A DNA stretch of 64,000 bases from Schizochytrium sp. TIO01 (Eukaryota; Protista; Bigyra: Labyrinthulomycetes). A model generated the notes under the pieces. The model ran no database searches, was not told the DNA's origin, and saw only the letters and a program-made list of their open reading frames with translations. Numbering within the stretch: the first letter of the stretch is position 1; each line of letters opens with the position of its first letter. Below, piece after piece: positions 59,655 to 64,000 of the stretch. The DNA lies in contig SMSO01000031.1 of the NCBI GenBank assembly GCA_004764695.1, positions 1,030,436-1,094,435 of the forward strand, read 5' to 3'. Both the position numbers and the translations under genes were made by a program.

Positions 59655-59916
59655 ACAAAAGCTTTTACCTCGTTGCGTGCGGCAGAGAACAGCACACAAA
59701 CATGATTTTAAACGGCGGGGGGAAGCTGGAATGGTGAGATATAGGTAGGGCAGGGACACTCGATGGAAGAACTTGAACGTTTTGTGTTTTGGGTGCCTCA
59801 AGTTGACAATATATCCTAATTGGACCAAGTGCCCCGCTATTTGACTACGAATGTGCAGGAAGGAACAGATTTTCGCTAGCTCGCTCGCTCGCTTGCTTGC
59901 TCGAACGAGGCGACGC

Positions 59917-61605
59917 TTAGAGCATATCGTTCGGGTCAGTGCGAGCAACAACACCACCGTGCTTGGGCTTGCCACCGGTGGTGAAGTCATCACCGGTGCG
60001 AGCGTGGCCGGTGCAGCGCTCAAAGTGGGAGAGGAACTCGGGGCGAACTGCATCACCGTTGTACTCCTCCTCGCGGCCCTCGAGGATAAAGTTCCAGCGG
60101 TCATCAGCGTGGCGAAGATCCATCTGAGAGACATCGGGTACGAACATCTGGGTCACAAAGAGACCGACAATACCGCAGACAGCGCAGACAATGAAGATAA
60201 TCTGGGAGTCAAGAGCATCACCGCTGCTACCGTAGGTGAAGAGAAGAGTGGCGAAGAGAGCACCGCACTTACCAGATGCAGCAGAGATACCGTGGGCTTG
60301 GGAGCGAACATCGGTGGGGAAGAGCTCGGAGGGGAGGAGCCAAGTGGTGGAGTTGGGTCCAAGCTGGCCCCAGAAGGAACTGAGAAGGTAGAGGGCCTGG
60401 AAGTACTTGATGTTCTCGGGGAGGATGAGCTTGTCGTAAGCAACACCACAGATGAGGAACAGAGCAAAAATCCAAGTGAAGCCAATGGTTTGCATGCGGC
60501 GACGGCCCATCCACTTCTTGTCAATGGTAAAGGCAGCAACGTAGTAGCCAATAAGAGCGATACCAGAGTTGAGAAGAGTGTACTTGAGGGTGGTGTAGAT
60601 GGTCGCGTCACTGCCGACAATGGTGGCAATAATCTTACCCTGGAAGAGCTTGTTGCCGTAGAAGACAATATCCCACACGAACCAGCCGACGGCGGTACCA
60701 ACCAGACGGTGCCAGTACTTGACAAACATGAGCTTGCGAGAGCGGCTGAGACGGTCCTTGTTCTCAACCTCCTGGCGCTCTTCGTGGGCCTTCTTCCACA
60801 CCTCGGATTCCTTCAAGAAAACAATACGGCCAACGGCAAGGCAGCAGACGACAAAGGCTCCGATGGCATACTGAAGGCGCCAGGTGATCTCGTAAGACTT
60901 GCTGTCGCAGGTTGAGCCTGTGCAGTTCTCGCCGAGGAGGATGAGGACAATAATGAGGGTGTTGACGAAGTTACCGACACCCTGCATGGCAAAGGTGAGA
61001 ACAACAGTCTTACCACGGAGCTGAGTGACATAGTTGTTAGTCTCACGGGCAGTCTCGGCACGCTCAGCAGCAGAGGCAGAAGCGAGCGGGTACTCACCAC
61101 CAACACCGTAAGAAAAGAAGAAGAGTACAACAGCAAACATGATCCATTGGCCGTTGATGTCGGCACCAGAGGCAGCGGCGGTAAGAACAGCACCGATGGC
61201 CATAATAGAAGCGGTAGAGCAGGATCCAATGCGGCGACCGAAAGTATCAGCAAAGAGACCAAAGGTAAGCATACCAACGATGACACCGACGACCTCGATG
61301 TAGGTCAAACTGCTAACAAGGTTGTAGTTACAGTCAGTACCCTTGGTGTAGCACTCCGGGTAAAGCTTTTTCCAGATAGGCTTGATGTTACCGATGGCAA
61401 AGAGGATGTAAGCCTCAGTAAACATACCAAGACCGTTGACAGCACCACTGCCACAGAGAAAGAGGTTGGTACGTGCGCGCTCTTTCATGCTAAGGGGCTC
61501 GGCATCGGTAGGCGAGATGACGATACCACCGCCACCGGCCATGTTAATGTCGGAGCTGAGTGCACGATCATAGTAATGATCTTCTTCTTCCTTACGAGCA
61601 GCCAT
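59917..61605 (-). CDS. PHO84: PHS-family (PHO84/PHT1-like) MFS inorganic phosphate transporter, copy 2 (tandem paralog)
   Basis: Same motifs as copy 1 with long identical peptide stretches. First ATG is at 61605. Confidence 0.9.
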   Translation of the reverse strand: MAARKEEEDHYYDRALSSDINMAGGGGIVISPTDAEPLSMKERARTNLFLCGSGAVNGLGMFTEAYILFAIGNIKPIWKKLYPECYTKGTDCNYNLVSSLTYIEVVGVIVGMLTFGLFADTFGRRIGSCSTASIMAIGAVLTAAASGADINGQWIMFAVVLFFFSYGVGGEYPLASASAAERAETARETNNYVTQLRGKTVVLTFAMQGVGNFVNTLIIVLILLGENCTGSTCDSKSYEITWRLQYAIGAFVVCCLAVGRIVFLKESEVWKKAHEERQEVENKDRLSRSRKLMFVKYWHRLVGTAVGWFVWDIVFYGNKLFQGKIIATIVGSDATIYTTLKYTLLNSGIALIGYYVAAFTIDKKWMGRRRMQTIGFTWIFALFLICGVAYDKLILPENIKYFQALYLLSSFWGQLGPNSTTWLLPSELFPTDVRSQAHGISAASGKCGALFATLLFTYGSSGDALDSQIIFIVCAVCGIVGLFVTQMFVPDVSQMDLRHADDRWNFILEGREEEYNGDAVRPEFLSHFERCTGHARTGDDFTTGGKPKHGGVVARTDPNDML

Positions 61606-61827
61606 CTTTCCCAAAGGTTGTCGCTGCTACTTGCCGCTCTCGATGTTTGTGTTGAGCTGCTTTTTTATTTGAGCTTGGAGCTCGTTGAGTTTCGGGTTTG
61701 CTTTGTCCAGGTCTCCTGATTTGAGACCACGAAATCCACCCGGCTTTGATATTACGCTCACTTCATCACACCCACCGCACGTGTAGCGCGTGAATGCAGC
61801 GCGTACCAATTCCATGTTTCCTAGCTC

Positions 61828-61835
61828 TATTTATA
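61828..61835 (-). promoter_or_regulatory. Candidate TATA box (TATAAATA) of transporter copy 2
   Basis: Consensus TATAAATA on the coding strand ~225 nt upstream of the ATG. Confidence 0.4.
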
Positions 61836-62692
61836 GGACTTCCACTAGGACCGCCCCACCAGTACGAAGTGAAACACACAGGAAGTTATTATAGTTTTCT
61901 TTTACATCTCCTCTGGTCCGCTGCCTTTCCACTTGCAACACATTCACATTCACCACTTGAAGAAGAAAAGTGCAAACAGGCTGTTCCTTCTTTACGAGAC
62001 TCGCTGCCACCACCATTTTGATAAGCAGATTAGGTTGGCTAGCTCCTACACCGGTAGAATGAGTTCCTGGACCAACAATCTCATTCGGCACCTAGGCTCC
62101 TCTCACCCCACTCATTATGAAGCTTACATACATACATACATGCAATGCATACACAGCAATACACCTGGGCGAGCAAGACCTCCAACTCCAAGATTCGAAA
62201 TTCGAAGCAGGGCCCGCAATCCGAAGGCCCCAATCCACTCCCCTTCGCAGCGCCACAGGGTTTTCAGTTCATTTTTAATTGTGCCTCGCTCGATTTTGTT
62301 CAGGGCGGACGTGCAGCTCGATCTTTACCAGGTCGGCATGCGCGAATCGCGATGTCTCTGGCACGAATCTTCGCCTTCGACGAATTATTCATTCATTTTG
62401 TTGCTTGCTGCTGCTGCTGCTGTGTTATCCTGGTTCGCAGCAAGAAAGAGTAACAGATTCAATCATCCCTCCATTCACGCGTCGCTTCTCCGCGTGCTCG
62501 CACACCCTCGCCATTCGCTCGTCGCGCTGCAATGCGAATGCGGCACTTGCCAAGCCAAACAAAGATCGTGTCTTCGCCGCAGCACTCCAAGTCTTCAGGG
62601 TGGGCCTCGTAAGCTTTTGTCCCGAGACCAAAGCAGAGCAGAGCAGAGCATATTTAGTTAGTTAGTTAGTTAGTTAGTTGATCCAAGAGGTC

Positions 62693-62693
<1 letters not shown>

Positions 62694-62752
<59 letters not shown>

Positions 62753-62780
62753 TCCTTTTCCTTTTCCTTTTCTTTCTTTT
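62694..62780. repeat. (TTTC)n microsatellite / polypyrimidine tract
   Basis: Directly visible. Similar simple repeats occur at 7656-7683 (GTTT), 49594-49627 (AAAG), 63020-63066 (TTG) and 63675-63775 (AAAC/AAAT). Confidence 0.9.
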
Positions 62781-64000
62781 CTTTTTTCACGCCCACTAAG
62801 AGGACTGTGAATTAGCACGCAAACACACTTAGGGTATGGATCGATAGGGTGACGAGGTCTTCCTTCTTAGGGTACTACTATAATGCGAATCCACTTGTTT
62901 TCAAAACCGCCTGTTAAACTTTTTTTCTTTTTTTCTTTTTTTATAAATAACAATCCATCTTGCTGCCTGCCTGGGCATTGCTAAATGTTTTTGTTTTAAA
63001 GTGTTTCCAGTGCCTTTTTGTTGCTGTTGTTGTTGTCGTTGTCGTCGTTGTTGTTGTTGTTGTTGCTTTCCCCCCTTCTCAGAATCAAGCAAACGGAGCG
63101 AGAGTTTATTTACAATAATTAATTAATAGGGTGCGCCGCCCGCACTTTTCCTTTGACTTCCACTTTCCTTCTGTCGATCAAGACGAGGGTTGCGATGTGC
63201 TTTGATTAAGAGGAACCTTCGAAGATAAAGCACACAGGTGAAGTGGAGGAAGGTTTTGGTGTCTCTGTCGTGCTTTTGCTCTCGAGGGTGGTCTTGGATA
63301 CGAGTGGGTTCGCGATTCCGCGCGCTTTGTTGTTCTTCAAATAATTGGTAAAATGATACTTTCATCTTCATTTTAAAACTAACGCTGTCGAGTGAAACAG
63401 CTACTACTATACTTAGCCATCTTAAAGAGAAAATTGCCCTTTTAAAACAATATTCTCAGAGAATGTTTTTAAGTTAGCCCACTCATTTATCTATTTTTTC
63501 CTTTGCCTACGAATCACCTAACCCATATGTAGGCCTCCCTGCTTGGCGCGCGACGTCTGGCTTTGTTGTTTTGTTTGAATGTTTCTTTCTTTGAGTGCGG
63601 CTCCTTTTTTTTCCTCTGGGCGAGGGAACGGTCTTCACAAGCATACAAACAACAATGAAAACAACACAAACAAAGAAATAAACAAACAAACAAACAAACA
63701 GCCAGTTAGCCATCCATACAAACAACAAAATAAATAAACAAGCAAATAAATAAATAAATAAATAAATAAATAAACGACCAGACAGCCAGCCCGGACGAAA
63801 TCCAGTGGCACCACCTAGTCAGCAGACGGACCAGTCGCCCGAAGATAGTCATCAAACGAAGCTTCGAGTTCTTGGGGTTTCGAGCTCTTCTGGGGACACT
63901 CTGCTTTCTGCTTTCATTTCAATTCAAAGCATGTTTTGAGACTAGCTAGCGAAATGGGAAAATTCATCACTCCAAAATTAACTTTTACTTCATCAATGAA

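Noticed and set aside
61933-62661. 242-aa plus-strand ORF upstream of transporter copy 2
   Set aside because: Non-ATG start, runs through microsatellites, no recognisable domain.

Overview
Eukaryotic, intron-poor, microsatellite-rich DNA. By inference from gene content, GTACGT/GTATGT donors, CTAAC branch sites and (AAAC)n/(GAAT)n-rich intergenic DNA, it resembles a thraustochytrid/labyrinthulomycete stramenopile. About 16 protein-coding genes are supported: DCAF13/SOF1, MPDU1, a soluble adenylate cyclase (ADCY10-like) fused to a STAND NTPase, a spliced CEPT1/EPT1, a CH+FYVE protein, a frame-split IQ-motif gene, MYBBP1A/Pol5, a WW-domain mitochondrial protein, a hypothetical protein, a spliced IQ/Pro-rich protein, DPH1, an 8-finger C2H2 protein, a TKL kinase, WDR31, and two tandem PHO84/PHS-family phosphate transporters. 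A ~15.8 kb stretch with no gene-like ORF (7.6-23.4 kb) and other intergenic spaces carry what look by eye like heavily decayed Ty1/copia (GalEa-like) pol relics. No tRNA, rRNA or CRISPR array was found, and I cannot claim a proven new system. The best candidate is the tandem phosphate-transporter locus. Both proteins keep the phosphate-binding residues but have replaced the canonical proton-relay residues, and both genes share conserved 5' and 3' non-coding elements. One copy has an in-frame upstream ORF separated from the transporter by a single UAG. The second candidate is a gene at 28.3-30.1 kb that needs a +1 frame change. All homology calls are by-eye motif recognition, not database searches.
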